IMG/VR virus record: IMGVR_UViG_3300045940_000149
Direction: 5' to 3' (one strand)
Length of the DNA: 33,028 nt
From: an uncultured virus (IMG/VR IMGVR_UViG_3300045940_000149)
Lineage: Duplodnaviria > Heunggongvirae > Uroviricota > Caudoviricetes
In this document: piece after piece, positions 15,695 through 25,252 of the stretch
Layout of the letters: every line of letters starts with the position of its first letter
Numbering within the stretch: the first letter of the stretch is position 1
Program-made: the position numbers and the translations under genes
The notes under the pieces: generated by a model
The model's database searches: none
Told to the model about the DNA's origin: nothing
What the model saw: the letters and a program-made list of their open reading frames with translations, nothing else

Positions 15695-17496
15695 TTCTGC
15701 TGCCTCCGCTTGCGCTCGATGATTTCGTCGGCTTCCTGCTTGAACGGCTCGATGCCGGGGAGATGGCTCAGCTCGTCGAGTTCCTTCCGATAGCTGATCC
15801 ACTCGTCCAGCGGCTCGTACTCGCCGGGCGGATCGATGAAGGCATTCGGCACCGGGTACTTCTCCCAATCGATATCGATCGATCTGCCTGCGAACGTCGG
15901 CGGCGGCCCGGCGCGTTTCTGCATGTCGGCGACCAGTGCGTTGTACTCCTTGCTCAGCCGATCGATATCGCGCTGGAGATCGGGCGCGAGGCGGAAGCCG
16001 TAATCGAACCAGCCGTTGCGTCCGAGCGCATCGCTGACGGCATGGAAGAAAATCTTCGTACCCCGATCCGGCTCCATCTTTTCCGACGTGATCTCATCGA
16101 CCAGAAACTCGTCGGCGTCGGTGTACTGCGCCCCCCTCGCCTTCTTGAATGCGCCACGAATGTCATGCCTCGCTGGTCGGCTGGCGGCATAGATGCTGCC
16201 GTCGTGGCCGAGCGCCCGCACGCCGTAACATCCCGGCTTGGTGCTGAGAATGGCCAGATCCTGCACCGAGAGCGGGCTGGAGTTCGGGTGATTGTGATCA
16301 ACCTCGATCGCGCGGGACGGATCGTCCAGCGCCTTTCCCAGCTCGGGCCCGAAGCCGACTTCCTTTTCGGTACCTTCCTCGATCTCCGGTGACAGCTCGC
16401 CGGTGGCCAGATCGATCCAGCGCAGGTGCTCGGTGTCGGTGCGCCTGCCTTCTCGCAGCACGTAATCGGCCGATATCTGCCGGTTGATCTCCAGCTTGGG
16501 ATCGGCCTCCCCGAATCCAAACCGCGGCTGCTCCGGTCTCGGTGGCGGCGGCGGTTCCGGTGGCTTGGCGGCGTCGATCGCCTCCAGCTCCCGGTCCTGC
16601 GTCGCCTTGCCGTCGTCGTACTCGTCCACCCGCTCGCCCTGCCCAGCGGTATAGGTCGTCGAGGCCGGGTCGTAGACCATGAACACCACGTCCGGCTCGC
16701 CGTTGTTGAACTTCTGGTAGGTCTTCTTGTCCCAGCCGGGCGGTGCTTCCTTGTCGTCCCACGCGAGGCGCGCGACCACCCGCAGGCCGTGCTTGGCGTA
16801 GAGGTCCGGCAGGACGGTATCGAATGCGTCGGCGCGTCGGCCGCCTTGCTGTACGGCGAGGTCGATCGCCGCGCCAGCCACACCGGGCTGATCCGAGTTC
16901 GGGTTCTTGAACAGCGAGACGATATCGTCGCCCTTGAGGGCGAAGCCGTAGTCGCCGTTCGGCGACACGAACGTCCGCATGTACTCGTAGGCTCTGGTCG
17001 GGTAGGCGTGGACCGACGCCCCGTACGGATTGGAATGTTTGGCCGATTGGATGGCGACGCTGAAGCGCCCGGCACCGTCAGCGTTCAGCTCATGGAATGT
17101 GTGACTGCCGCGGGTCCAGACCGCGACTACATTCCGGCTGCTTTCAACATCCGTAGGGCTTCTTCGATCGAAAGGCCGGGGTGATTTTTCACCGTGGACA
17201 GCACCAGCTCCCGGTCTTCCTTCGTCAAGTCCTTCAGCAAGTCCTGATCCGCCTGCGTCGGTCCATCGGCCATATTCGTCTCTCGGCTGGTTCGGGTCGA
17301 ACCGCAGGGTAGATATGGCCCTTCCCCGAGCGTTTTGCCATGCCGCCTGCTTGTTGGCGCGCGAGCGCCCCCATGCGCTGAAGCAGGCCGCCGCCACGGC
17401 GTCGTTGCTCCACCCGGGCTCGGCGCGACCGGTTTCGAAGCAGCACCGGTTCATGAAATCGGTACGGGTCTCTTGCGGGTGCGGATCAACGGGCAT
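15691..17496 (-). CDS. PRDExGRWT-motif effector 4: protease-like Cys leader + GNAT-like + JAB/MPN domain
   Basis: N-terminus resembles prohead protease leader; FDPNQPRDEYGRWTD; DIVSLF...AVQQGGRRADAFDTVLPDLYAKHG; TEH...HNHPNSSPLSVQD (JAB HxH-S-D). Confidence 0.75.
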   Translation of the reverse strand: MPVDPHPQETRTDFMNRCCFETGRAEPGWSNDAVAAACFSAWGRSRANKQAAWQNARGRAISTLRFDPNQPRDEYGRWTDAGGSGLAEGLDEGRPGAGAVHGEKSPRPFDRRSPTDVESSRNVVAVWTRGSHTFHELNADGAGRFSVAIQSAKHSNPYGASVHAYPTRAYEYMRTFVSPNGDYGFALKGDDIVSLFKNPNSDQPGVAGAAIDLAVQQGGRRADAFDTVLPDLYAKHGLRVVARLAWDDKEAPPGWDKKTYQKFNNGEPDVVFMVYDPASTTYTAGQGERVDEYDDGKATQDRELEAIDAAKPPEPPPPPRPEQPRFGFGEADPKLEINRQISADYVLREGRRTDTEHLRWIDLATGELSPEIEEGTEKEVGFGPELGKALDDPSRAIEVDHNHPNSSPLSVQDLAILSTKPGCYGVRALGHDGSIYAASRPARHDIRGAFKKARGAQYTDADEFLVDEITSEKMEPDRGTKIFFHAVSDALGRNGWFDYGFRLAPDLQRDIDRLSKEYNALVADMQKRAGPPPTFAGRSIDIDWEKYPVPNAFIDPPGEYEPLDEWISYRKELDELSHLPGIEPFKQEADEIIERKRRQQK

Positions 17497-19315
17497 GCTT
17501 GGAGCGCTTGATCTCGGTGATCGCCGCCTTGTTCCAGATCACGAATTGCGGGGTGTACGAGAATGAGCCCTGCACGTAGGCACCGTCGTACCCGCGCTTC
17601 TGCAGCTCTTCCACGTCGGACTGCCGGAAGCCCCCGGCCGTGAGATCGACGAACCTCCCCCGCAGGCGAATGTCCATGACCTCGGGCTGCTTGCCGGGGG
17701 TGATGCCGAGCGTGGCCAGCGTCTCGGGCTTCCACGACTCGATGTTGTAGGGCTGCTCGGCGGACCATGTGATGTAGTCGGTCTGCCCGCTCTCGAAGTA
17801 TCCGAGATCGCGGACCGCGCGCTCGTACTCGTTGGCGGTGATGTACTTCACCGAGCGCTGCTGTTCGATCTTGCCGCGCAGGTAGGTCACGTAGTCCTGC
17901 TTCTGCGCGCTGGTCATGCTCGACAGGAAGTCCCACTTGCCCGCCGATCGTGACATCCAGATTTGCGGCACTGCGGAACCGTAGAAGCCAGCGCCGAGAT
18001 CGTCGCCGACGTTGCCGAAGGCGGTGGTCAGATCCTCGGGCGCATCGTTCAGCCCTTGCTCGACCCGCTCCGGGGTGTCGGTGACGTGCAGGATCGACAC
18101 CGTGTTGTCGTCATAGACGATCGCCGCCCCGCGCATGCGGGAGGTATCAATCACGTGGTTCTTGTTGTCGCGCACCGGGTAGGTCCGGCCGCCGACCGTG
18201 GCCTTCTCGGTGGTCTCTTCGGCAGGGTTGGCATAGCCAACCGTGTCCTCGGCGAGACCCTGATCTTCCCGGCTCCAGACCACGGGGCTGTTCGGATGTG
18301 AGGCCGAGCCCATCCGGTAGGTATCGGAAGAGCCGATCTGCTTCAGATCGATCTCGCCCGGCGTGTGCGAGTAGACATCGCCCCGCCACACCGCCAGCAG
18401 CTCGCTCCGCTCGATCGGGCGGGCGACGCCGACCTCGTTCTCGCCGGTGCCGGGAACCTCGCGGGTTTCTTCCGGCATGCGGGCGGCGATCACGTAGGCG
18501 GGCTTGGTGAAGGTTGGCGCGAATTGCCATGGAGCGAAGCCGCTGGCGTAGGACGCCGCCGTGTTGGGCTTTGTCGTCCAGTAGGTCAGTCCTCGCTGGT
18601 CCTCACCGATGTTGTATTCGCCCTTCGACGAGACTTTGCCGGTTTCGAGGATCGCTTGGTACTCTTCCGCCGAGATGCCGCGATAGATGATTTTCTCGCC
18701 TTCGAGCGGCTGGATTTCCGTCGCGTCTGTGTCTTTCGGTCTCGCATAAGTCCTCTCTATGATTGTCCCGGCGTCGATGGTTTCCAGACGCGCCAGCCGG
18801 GGATCATAGTAGCGGGTCTGGCCCGGCCGAGATTCGAATGGCTCGATGCCGGGAGCGAGCTTCGACGTGATGGTCAGATGGTAGGTGTCGCCGTCGTCGA
18901 ACGGTCCGCGCTCTTTCTTCTCGGCGGTCATATCGAACGCGTCGCGATTGAGCGCGGTGGCGATGCTGTCACTCGGATCGCGGATCTTGGTGCCGGGCGG
19001 AAGCCCGGGGATGCGGTCGTAGCCGCCGATCGTATCTTCGGCGAGGCTGTCGTCCGACCCGCCGGTATCGGTCCATCGCCCGTGCTCGTCGCGCGGCTGC
19101 GACGGATCGAATGCCTTCTGCTTGAGCAGCACGTCGGGATCGAGCCCGAGCCGCCGCATGACCTTGCGCGAGACCGCGAGCGCGCGGAGATGATCGCCTT
19201 CGTCGAGGATTTCCTGATGCAGCGAAGCGTCCTGCCGCTCGCCTGCGTCATCGACGTAGAACAGCTCACCGGTCTTATGGGTCGATGCGATCGTCATCGT
19301 CATCATCATCTTCAT
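17486..19315 (-). CDS. PRDExGRWT-motif effector 3: two putative ADP-ribosyltransferase domains (start uncertain, 19297-19315)
   Basis: FDPSQPRDEHGRWTD; domain 1 IYRGIS...YWTT...ENEVGV; domain 2 LHVT...LGAGFYGS...GYDG...QFVIWN (ART-PolyVal-like). Confidence 0.7.
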   Translation of the reverse strand: MKMMMTMTIASTHKTGELFYVDDAGERQDASLHQEILDEGDHLRALAVSRKVMRRLGLDPDVLLKQKAFDPSQPRDEHGRWTDTGGSDDSLAEDTIGGYDRIPGLPPGTKIRDPSDSIATALNRDAFDMTAEKKERGPFDDGDTYHLTITSKLAPGIEPFESRPGQTRYYDPRLARLETIDAGTIIERTYARPKDTDATEIQPLEGEKIIYRGISAEEYQAILETGKVSSKGEYNIGEDQRGLTYWTTKPNTAASYASGFAPWQFAPTFTKPAYVIAARMPEETREVPGTGENEVGVARPIERSELLAVWRGDVYSHTPGEIDLKQIGSSDTYRMGSASHPNSPVVWSREDQGLAEDTVGYANPAEETTEKATVGGRTYPVRDNKNHVIDTSRMRGAAIVYDDNTVSILHVTDTPERVEQGLNDAPEDLTTAFGNVGDDLGAGFYGSAVPQIWMSRSAGKWDFLSSMTSAQKQDYVTYLRGKIEQQRSVKYITANEYERAVRDLGYFESGQTDYITWSAEQPYNIESWKPETLATLGITPGKQPEVMDIRLRGRFVDLTAGGFRQSDVEELQKRGYDGAYVQGSFSYTPQFVIWNKAAITEIKRSKHAR

Positions 19316-20756
19316 CGCCCGGCCTGACCGTCACCGGCCGGTCGAAATCATCATCGTCGTCTTCGTCGTCGAAAGGCTTCGGTTTCACCGGCTTGATGTT
19401 GGTGCCGATGTAGGCGTTCAGCCGTTCGAGCACTTCCTTGTCGGTCAGGTCGAGCACGCCGTCCCACTCGGTGTCGGTCAGCAGCTCCTTGCCGACCTCG
19501 GAATCAGCAATCGCCCACACCGCCTTGGGATCTGGATTGTCGATTAGCTCGATGATCGTTTCGCGCTCTTGGTCCGAGACATCATCTTCGTCCATGTTTT
19601 CGAGCTTTTCCTGAACCTTATCGGCCAATTCCTCCCATGCCTCTCGATCGCGTGGCACGTAGCCGTACTTCGCCCACGCATATCCGCCTACATTGATGTT
19701 GCAGCGTGCGTGAACCTCGGTGATGCCAAGGTCTGCGTACATTTTCACGTTACTGGCGGTCACCTGCTTGCCGATGCCCTTGCCCTGCTGAGCCGAGTCA
19801 ACCTCGAAGAACGATGCGGTGGCCCGGTTCTTCGGACCGTTGATAAACCGCGACACCGATGCGAGATGTTCTCCGGTCCTTGGATTCTGCAGCAAGGCAT
19901 CGACATAGATTTGACCCGCACCGTAGCTGACCGTCATTTGCGGCTTGTACCTCGCGCCGAAAAAACTATCGGCGAACTCTTCCGGGTCCATGCCGATGTA
20001 CTTGTTCCAATTCTTGATCAGGTTGTGAGGATCGTCCACATTGTCGGAAATCTGCACCCGTTCCTTGCCGAGAAAATCCGATAGATCGCTGGGCTTCTTG
20101 CCGGGCTTGCGGTAGCCGCCGCCGGTGCTCTCTTCGAGCCGATCGAGATCGACCGTTTCCTCGCTGATATCCCATGGGCCATAATGCCCTGCCCGCACCG
20201 ACTGGACCAGCGCCTCGGTGTGCGTGTAGCGGTGATACTCGGCGGGATCGTCCGGCTTGACCTCGAAGCGCTCGTAGTACTCGGCCCGCGGCACGACCAC
20301 GTTCTGTCCGTTGCTGACCTCGTGGACGTTGCCGTCATTGTCCTCACCCCACGCGTGCGGGAAGCGCTTGCCGTCGCTGGTGACCATGCCGTGGACCAGC
20401 GTTTCCTCCGGATGCTCCTTGATCCATTTGTAGGCGGCCGACATGCAGTCGCCCTTGGACTTCTCGGAGCCGGTGCCAACGTCGGGCTTACCACCGTCAC
20501 CGCCGCCTGCATCGGTCCAGCGTCCGCGTTCGTCCCGCGGGTGCTCGCTTTCGTCATACTTGCGGAGCAGCAACCACGCGTCCTGCTTGGCCCGCTTCCA
20601 GCCTTTCTCGCGCTTCTGCTCGTCGAGCCATCGCTGCCGGTGCTTGGCGCGGATCTCGGCGTGCCGCTCGGCGTTCTTCTGCGACGGATCGAGCCAGTAG
20701 GGCAGATTCTGCTCCAGCTCCGTCTGCAGAATATCGACCTTCAGAGTCTCGACCAT
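19275..20756 (-). CDS. PRDExGRWT-motif effector 2: papain/transglutaminase-like Cys peptidase + GNAT acetyltransferase
   Basis: YDESEHPRDERGRWTD; GDCMSAA...LVHG...HAWGE...E; FEVDSAQQGKGIG...GGYAWAKYGY; poly-Asp tail; TGATG overlap. Confidence 0.75.
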   Translation of the reverse strand: MVETLKVDILQTELEQNLPYWLDPSQKNAERHAEIRAKHRQRWLDEQKREKGWKRAKQDAWLLLRKYDESEHPRDERGRWTDAGGGDGGKPDVGTGSEKSKGDCMSAAYKWIKEHPEETLVHGMVTSDGKRFPHAWGEDNDGNVHEVSNGQNVVVPRAEYYERFEVKPDDPAEYHRYTHTEALVQSVRAGHYGPWDISEETVDLDRLEESTGGGYRKPGKKPSDLSDFLGKERVQISDNVDDPHNLIKNWNKYIGMDPEEFADSFFGARYKPQMTVSYGAGQIYVDALLQNPRTGEHLASVSRFINGPKNRATASFFEVDSAQQGKGIGKQVTASNVKMYADLGITEVHARCNINVGGYAWAKYGYVPRDREAWEELADKVQEKLENMDEDDVSDQERETIIELIDNPDPKAVWAIADSEVGKELLTDTEWDGVLDLTDKEVLERLNAYIGTNIKPVKPKPFDDEDDDDDFDRPVTVRPGDEDDDDDDDRIDP

Positions 20757-22708
20757 CAGGCGGCCCGCTGCAGCTCGATCTCAAGAAGGCTCGGGGCGCG
20801 ACGGTGCCACGCGTCCCAGCCCTTCCACGCGGTGCCTGCGATCACGACCTCATGCTCGCTCTGGATGTTCACGCCGTAGGCCGGGACCGACACCGCCGCG
20901 GTGCGCGGCACCAGCGCGCGGAGCACGACGCGCGTCTGCCCGTCGCCCCAATCGTTGGCCACCTTGCTGTCGATGGTGGTCGAAGCCGCACCGTTGCGCT
21001 GGACCGCGATGCTCGGCAGGTAATGATGGCCACCGATCTCTTTCGACTTCGTCAGATGCGGACCGAGAGTATCCATGTCGAGATCGATGGAGCGGTACAG
21101 GCTCAGCTCCTTGACATCGGCCTTGTCGAGCATGAATTGCGTGGTTTCCCACTTCGCGCGCACGTAGGCGCGCACGCCCGCGTAGCCGCCGATCTCTTTG
21201 AATTGCTTGTTGGCGTAGGTCTTCGTCTCCATTTGATTCATGGTGTCGCGCGTCTTCATATTGAGACGGCCGTTCAATTCATCCGCGACCGCGATCTGCA
21301 GCAGCTTGCCGTTTTGAGTGGTCGAGCTTGATTTCCAATCTTCCCACAGCTTGCGATCGATGGAGGCGATGCGCTTGACGATATCGATGCGATTGGCCGG
21401 GTTGACTATGTCGCGCTCGATCAGCAGATCGGCGGCCCGCTCGATGCTCATGTGCCGCGCCATGCCTTGCGTATCTTTGTAGTCCAACCCGACCGTCTCA
21501 TTGAGCGGATCGTAGCTCTCCGGAACCGCCCGGACCCATGGCACCGGCGGGTTCCTCGTCTCTTCGTCCGCGGCGAAGTTTTGGGCGTAGGACAACTTGC
21601 TGTTATCGCTCAAGCCTTCCCAATCGGCGTCGGCGGCCTCCTTTGCGGCATCCAGCAGATATTCCGGCGGCTCCATCGCATCGCGCACATCCTTGACTTC
21701 CTCAAATGCCGCAAGCTCGATCTGCGCGGCCAGATCCTTGCGGTATTTATCGGTCAGCAGCTTGGACATATCCGGCTTCTTCGGCTCTTCGATGCCGGGC
21801 AATCGTTGCTGATCTGGATCAAACAGAGCGCCCGGCTTTGGACCGTACGCCGGTTCCTGCAATTTGCTGTCGTCCCATTTGACGGTGATTGCCGGGTCGT
21901 CGGCGTCCCGGTCATATTCCAGACGGACGGCATCGAGAAGCTGTGCGGCCTCGAACGGGATCTCGGCGTGCAGCGCTGCCTGAACCTCGGCGCTGTCGGA
22001 AGGTCGGTCGGCCTGCTCGGTCAGCTTCGATTCCATTTCCTCGAAATACTCGTTGATCGCCTTTGCGGCCCAAATCATCGTCGTCCGGTCGTTGAAGTCG
22101 TCGGTCACCTTGTCCTTGGCGTCGCTGACCCCGTCATTTGCCTTCCAGTGACCGACCTCGTTCTTGTGGTAGAACGGAACCTGCTTCTCCATCCATTGGT
22201 TCTTGACATCTTCTCGGTCGTCCTTGCTCAGCTCGCTCCACTCCAGAAGCTGCGATGGCGGCTTGCCCCGTGGATACTTGCCGACCGCCTCGCTCTCGAT
22301 CTTGCTGAGCTTCGGCTTGGCCATCTGGTACTCGCGCTCCAGATGGACGGCGGTGTCCTTGTTCCACTTGTCGCCGCCGACGTTGACGACTTCCGGATCT
22401 AGCTCGGGCTCGTATCCCCCGGGCGTGTCTTCGGCGAGCCCGCCACCGTCGCCTGCCCCGGTGTCCGTCCAGCGGCCGTGCTCGTCGCGTGGCTGGTTGG
22501 GATCGAACTCCCGCAACTCGACCACGTCAGGACCGAGCAGCGAGATGCCAAGGATCTTCTTCGCCTTCGCCTGCGCGACCGCCCATTGCTGCGGACGATC
22601 GAGCCTCGCCAGCGCCTGCGCGCTGGCTATCTTCCAGAGATTTCTGTTCGGAGCGTGCAACAGTGTGGTCTCAATCTGACCCGCAGTCCGGGCCAGTGCC
22701 GATCGCAC
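20756..22708 (-). CDS. PRDExGRWT-motif effector 1: C-terminal R-S-E ADP-ribosyltransferase (start uncertain)
   Basis: FDPNQPRDEHGRWTD; acidic helical middle; LYR...ASTT...VA...SEHEVVI. Confidence 0.75.
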   Translation of the reverse strand: MRSALARTAGQIETTLLHAPNRNLWKIASAQALARLDRPQQWAVAQAKAKKILGISLLGPDVVELREFDPNQPRDEHGRWTDTGAGDGGGLAEDTPGGYEPELDPEVVNVGGDKWNKDTAVHLEREYQMAKPKLSKIESEAVGKYPRGKPPSQLLEWSELSKDDREDVKNQWMEKQVPFYHKNEVGHWKANDGVSDAKDKVTDDFNDRTTMIWAAKAINEYFEEMESKLTEQADRPSDSAEVQAALHAEIPFEAAQLLDAVRLEYDRDADDPAITVKWDDSKLQEPAYGPKPGALFDPDQQRLPGIEEPKKPDMSKLLTDKYRKDLAAQIELAAFEEVKDVRDAMEPPEYLLDAAKEAADADWEGLSDNSKLSYAQNFAADEETRNPPVPWVRAVPESYDPLNETVGLDYKDTQGMARHMSIERAADLLIERDIVNPANRIDIVKRIASIDRKLWEDWKSSSTTQNGKLLQIAVADELNGRLNMKTRDTMNQMETKTYANKQFKEIGGYAGVRAYVRAKWETTQFMLDKADVKELSLYRSIDLDMDTLGPHLTKSKEIGGHHYLPSIAVQRNGAASTTIDSKVANDWGDGQTRVVLRALVPRTAAVSVPAYGVNIQSEHEVVIAGTAWKGWDAWHRRAPSLLEIELQRAA

Positions 22709-22727
22709 AGGTAGCGCCGCCGCCGCC

Positions 22728-23798
22728 TTACGTCGGCCAGCCGCTGGCGAGGTCGATGGCGATTACTTGTGCGACTGTGCTGCATGCGAGAATTTCCGCG
22801 CGCTTGGTGCGCTGCGTCTGCGCCAGCACTGCCCGTCGCGCGCTGATGGTGTTGATCAGCCCGGAGAACTCCACGACCGTGAGCACGGTGGGCGTCAGCT
22901 CGCCGAGCGCATACCACTCGATGGTCGTATCAGCCGGATCGCCGCCGCCTGCCGGTACGGTGACGTTGGTCATGCCGGGCGGGGCGCTCAGCGCGGCGGC
23001 AAGCTGTGTGATTCCGCTCGGAATATATACCCCGTCGTTGATCGGCGTGATGTTGGGCGGATCGGGTGGATAGTCGCCGGGCACGCCGCCGGGCCAGCTC
23101 GCCGCTTCGAACCGGGTTTCGTACGCATCGAACTTTCCTTGGATCTTCGGGAAGGTGTTGTCCTTGAGCGGCGTCACCACGTCGGCATTGACCGCGCCGA
23201 TCACCAGCGACTTGTTGTAGGCGAGCGAATAATTCGCCTGATCGACGATGGTATTGACCGCGCCCCGTACATTGAAGTTCACCTGCTGGCAGATGTTGCC
23301 ATCGGCATTGTTGCCGGGCGCGACCACGCGGCTGTTAACTTCGAAGGCGAGTTGGTTCAGGTTGTTGGACAGCGTGATGATATCGGTCGCAGAGCCGCCG
23401 CCGCTCAGTGCCGAGACCATCGACAGCTCGCTATTCATCGCGGTCACTTCGTCGTCGGTCGCGTCCCATGTCTTCGCGAGATATTCGATCGGTGCCTGTC
23501 GCTTGGCGTCGAAGATGGCGCGATTGAGATCGATCTTGATCTTCTTGGCCTGATCGAGCGTGATCGGCGGCGCTTGCCCGTTCAGCGTGGTGATGAACAG
23601 GTCGAACGACGGCAGATAGGGTATCGGATCGAGAAAGACCTCGCGCAATGCCGGACCGGTTTTGCGTTCGATGCGCCCGGCATTTTCCTGCCACTGCACC
23701 ATGCGGATGGTGGGATCGATCGACGACAGATCGAGCGCGCTCAGCGAGCAGTTGTCGATGCACATATTGCCGTACTCGGGAGCGATCCAGAAGATCAC
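22728..23798 (-). CDS. Tail-fibre-associated/assembly-like protein (DUF4376-like ends)
   Basis: LDQAKKIKI...R..PIEY...WDA and KRAEILACSTVAQVIAIDLASGWP, with an Asn/Val-rich insert; GTGA overlap. Confidence 0.5.
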   Translation of the reverse strand: MIFWIAPEYGNMCIDNCSLSALDLSSIDPTIRMVQWQENAGRIERKTGPALREVFLDPIPYLPSFDLFITTLNGQAPPITLDQAKKIKIDLNRAIFDAKRQAPIEYLAKTWDATDDEVTAMNSELSMVSALSGGGSATDIITLSNNLNQLAFEVNSRVVAPGNNADGNICQQVNFNVRGAVNTIVDQANYSLAYNKSLVIGAVNADVVTPLKDNTFPKIQGKFDAYETRFEAASWPGGVPGDYPPDPPNITPINDGVYIPSGITQLAAALSAPPGMTNVTVPAGGGDPADTTIEWYALGELTPTVLTVVEFSGLINTISARRAVLAQTQRTKRAEILACSTVAQVIAIDLASGWPT

Positions 23799-24301
23799 GC
23801 CACGTCGCTTTCAGAGACGCGCTCGGCCCACGCCACATCGACCTCTTCGACACCGAAGACCTCGCCGCCGAAGCCCGCGGTGACGCCGCGACCCTTGCCC
23901 TGCCCGAAGTATCCGCTGCTGCCGAATGCGTACTCGGGCCCGGACGCGTTGCCGGTGGCGTAGTCGGTGATGTTGCTTCCGGCGAGAACGTCATCGAGCA
24001 GCGGCTGCAGCTCGGCGCGCTGCTTGTCGGTGACGCCGCGCGCCGCCTTGTTGTGGGTCGCCTTCGGGAAGTAGCTGCCGGACAAGGTCTTGCTGATCGA
24101 CTGCCCGCGCGAGGCGGCGCGGTTCAGGATGGTTTCCATGAACGCCTGTCGTGCCTGATCGCCCTGCCCGCCGACCTCGGCGAGCGTGTACGCATAGAGC
24201 TTGTCGCGCACGGCGGCATTCTCCAGCTCCTTGGCCTGCTCGGCGCGAATCTGCGCGAGCGAGCTGGGCGCGGGTGATGGTGTCGGGAGAGATGATCGCA
24301 C
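23795..24301 (-). CDS. SleB/Hydrolase_2-like cell wall lytic transglycosylase
   Basis: TLAEVGGQG...AFMETILNRA...YF...LDDVLAGSNITDYAT resembles the SleB catalytic-Glu region. Confidence 0.6.
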   Translation of the reverse strand: MRSSLPTPSPAPSSLAQIRAEQAKELENAAVRDKLYAYTLAEVGGQGDQARQAFMETILNRAASRGQSISKTLSGSYFPKATHNKAARGVTDKQRAELQPLLDDVLAGSNITDYATGNASGPEYAFGSSGYFGQGKGRGVTAGFGGEVFGVEEVDVAWAERVSESDVA

Positions 24302-24305
24302 GGCG

Positions 24306-24779
24306 TCACGCGATCGGTTGTGCGCTCAGAGCAATGATCAGCGCGTCGCCGCCGCCGAAAGGCAATCCCGAATTGCTTCCCGGCAATACGCTGAAGGTAA
24401 ACCATGTGCCGTGATCGCTGACGGCATTGACCGTGTAGCGCGCGATGATTTCCGCGTCGGTTTTGCGCTGTATCGTCAATTGCTGGCCAGCTTGCACAGC
24501 CGCAAGCGCGTGACTGATATCGGTGTTGCCGCTTGTCTTTTGCGAGATGTAAATCTCGGTGGCGTCGCCTTGCGCCGCTGTATTCCAGACAACCTTGCCG
24601 TCGCCGGGATATTCCGCCTCCGTCGTCGTCACCTTGGCGGAATATTGCGCCGAAAGCACACCGTTGGATGCGGCTGGGCCGGGCGGACCGGGCGGACCTT
24701 GCGGCCCGGCTGGTCCGCGCGGTCCTTGCGGTCCGGTGGTGACGACGTTGGTGATGACTTCGATGGTGGCGGTGGGCAT
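24306..24779 (-). CDS. Short collagen-containing fibre-like protein (157 aa)
   Basis: ATG 24779 with TGATG overlap; GPQGPRGPAGPQGPPGPPGPA followed by a beta-rich domain. Confidence 0.7.
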   Translation of the reverse strand: MPTATIEVITNVVTTGPQGPRGPAGPQGPPGPPGPAASNGVLSAQYSAKVTTTEAEYPGDGKVVWNTAAQGDATEIYISQKTSGNTDISHALAAVQAGQQLTIQRKTDAEIIARYTVNAVSDHGTWFTFSVLPGSNSGLPFGGGDALIIALSAQPIA

Positions 24780-25186
24780 CACGCTCTCCGGAGGCGTGGC
24801 GGTACCGCACCGATCCGGGTCGGTACCGGCTCGACCCGGCTGATCCCGGCCTTGCCCCAGATCATGCCGCTGTACCACGTGCGGGGGTGGCTGTCGGGCA
24901 TGATCTGTTCGAGATCCCAATAGGCGCGGCCGATGGCGGCGATGTAGCTGGTCGATTCACCGCTGAGCGAGAGATAGAGCTTGCCGTTGGCCATCTCGCT
25001 GCCGTCGATCTCGAACGTGCAGATCACCTTGCCGAGCGGCGATGGTTTGTCGCGCACCTGCGCCAGCCACGTTCCTTCGAGCGCCATCGGTACGCTGCCG
25101 GACTGCAGGAAGGTGAACAGATAGGAGACGCCGTCGCCGCCGTAGACGGTGAAATCCTGCTTGAGCGGAATTTGGGTCGCCGTCAT
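24779..25186 (-). CDS. Fibre-attachment beta-sandwich protein (BppU-N/LtfC-like)
   Basis: DFTVYGGD...FTF...AQVR...GKLYLSL...YWDLEQ...RTWYSG pattern. Confidence 0.55.
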   Translation of the reverse strand: MTATQIPLKQDFTVYGGDGVSYLFTFLQSGSVPMALEGTWLAQVRDKPSPLGKVICTFEIDGSEMANGKLYLSLSGESTSYIAAIGRAYWDLEQIMPDSHPRTWYSGMIWGKAGISRVEPVPTRIGAVPPRLRRA

Positions 25187-25252
25187 TCCGGACGCATGAT
25201 ATCGGGCGCTGGTGCCAGCCGCGGGTACTCGCCCTTGGGAATTACCCGCGAC

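Noticed and set aside
21790..21815. QQRLPGI as a beta-clamp-binding motif in effector 1
   Set aside because: Too short and degenerate to support without homologues
15428..22507. Shared effector tag as DGR template/variable repeats
   Set aside because: Differences are synonymous and not adenine-specific, copies are N-terminal, and there is no reverse transcriptase in the window
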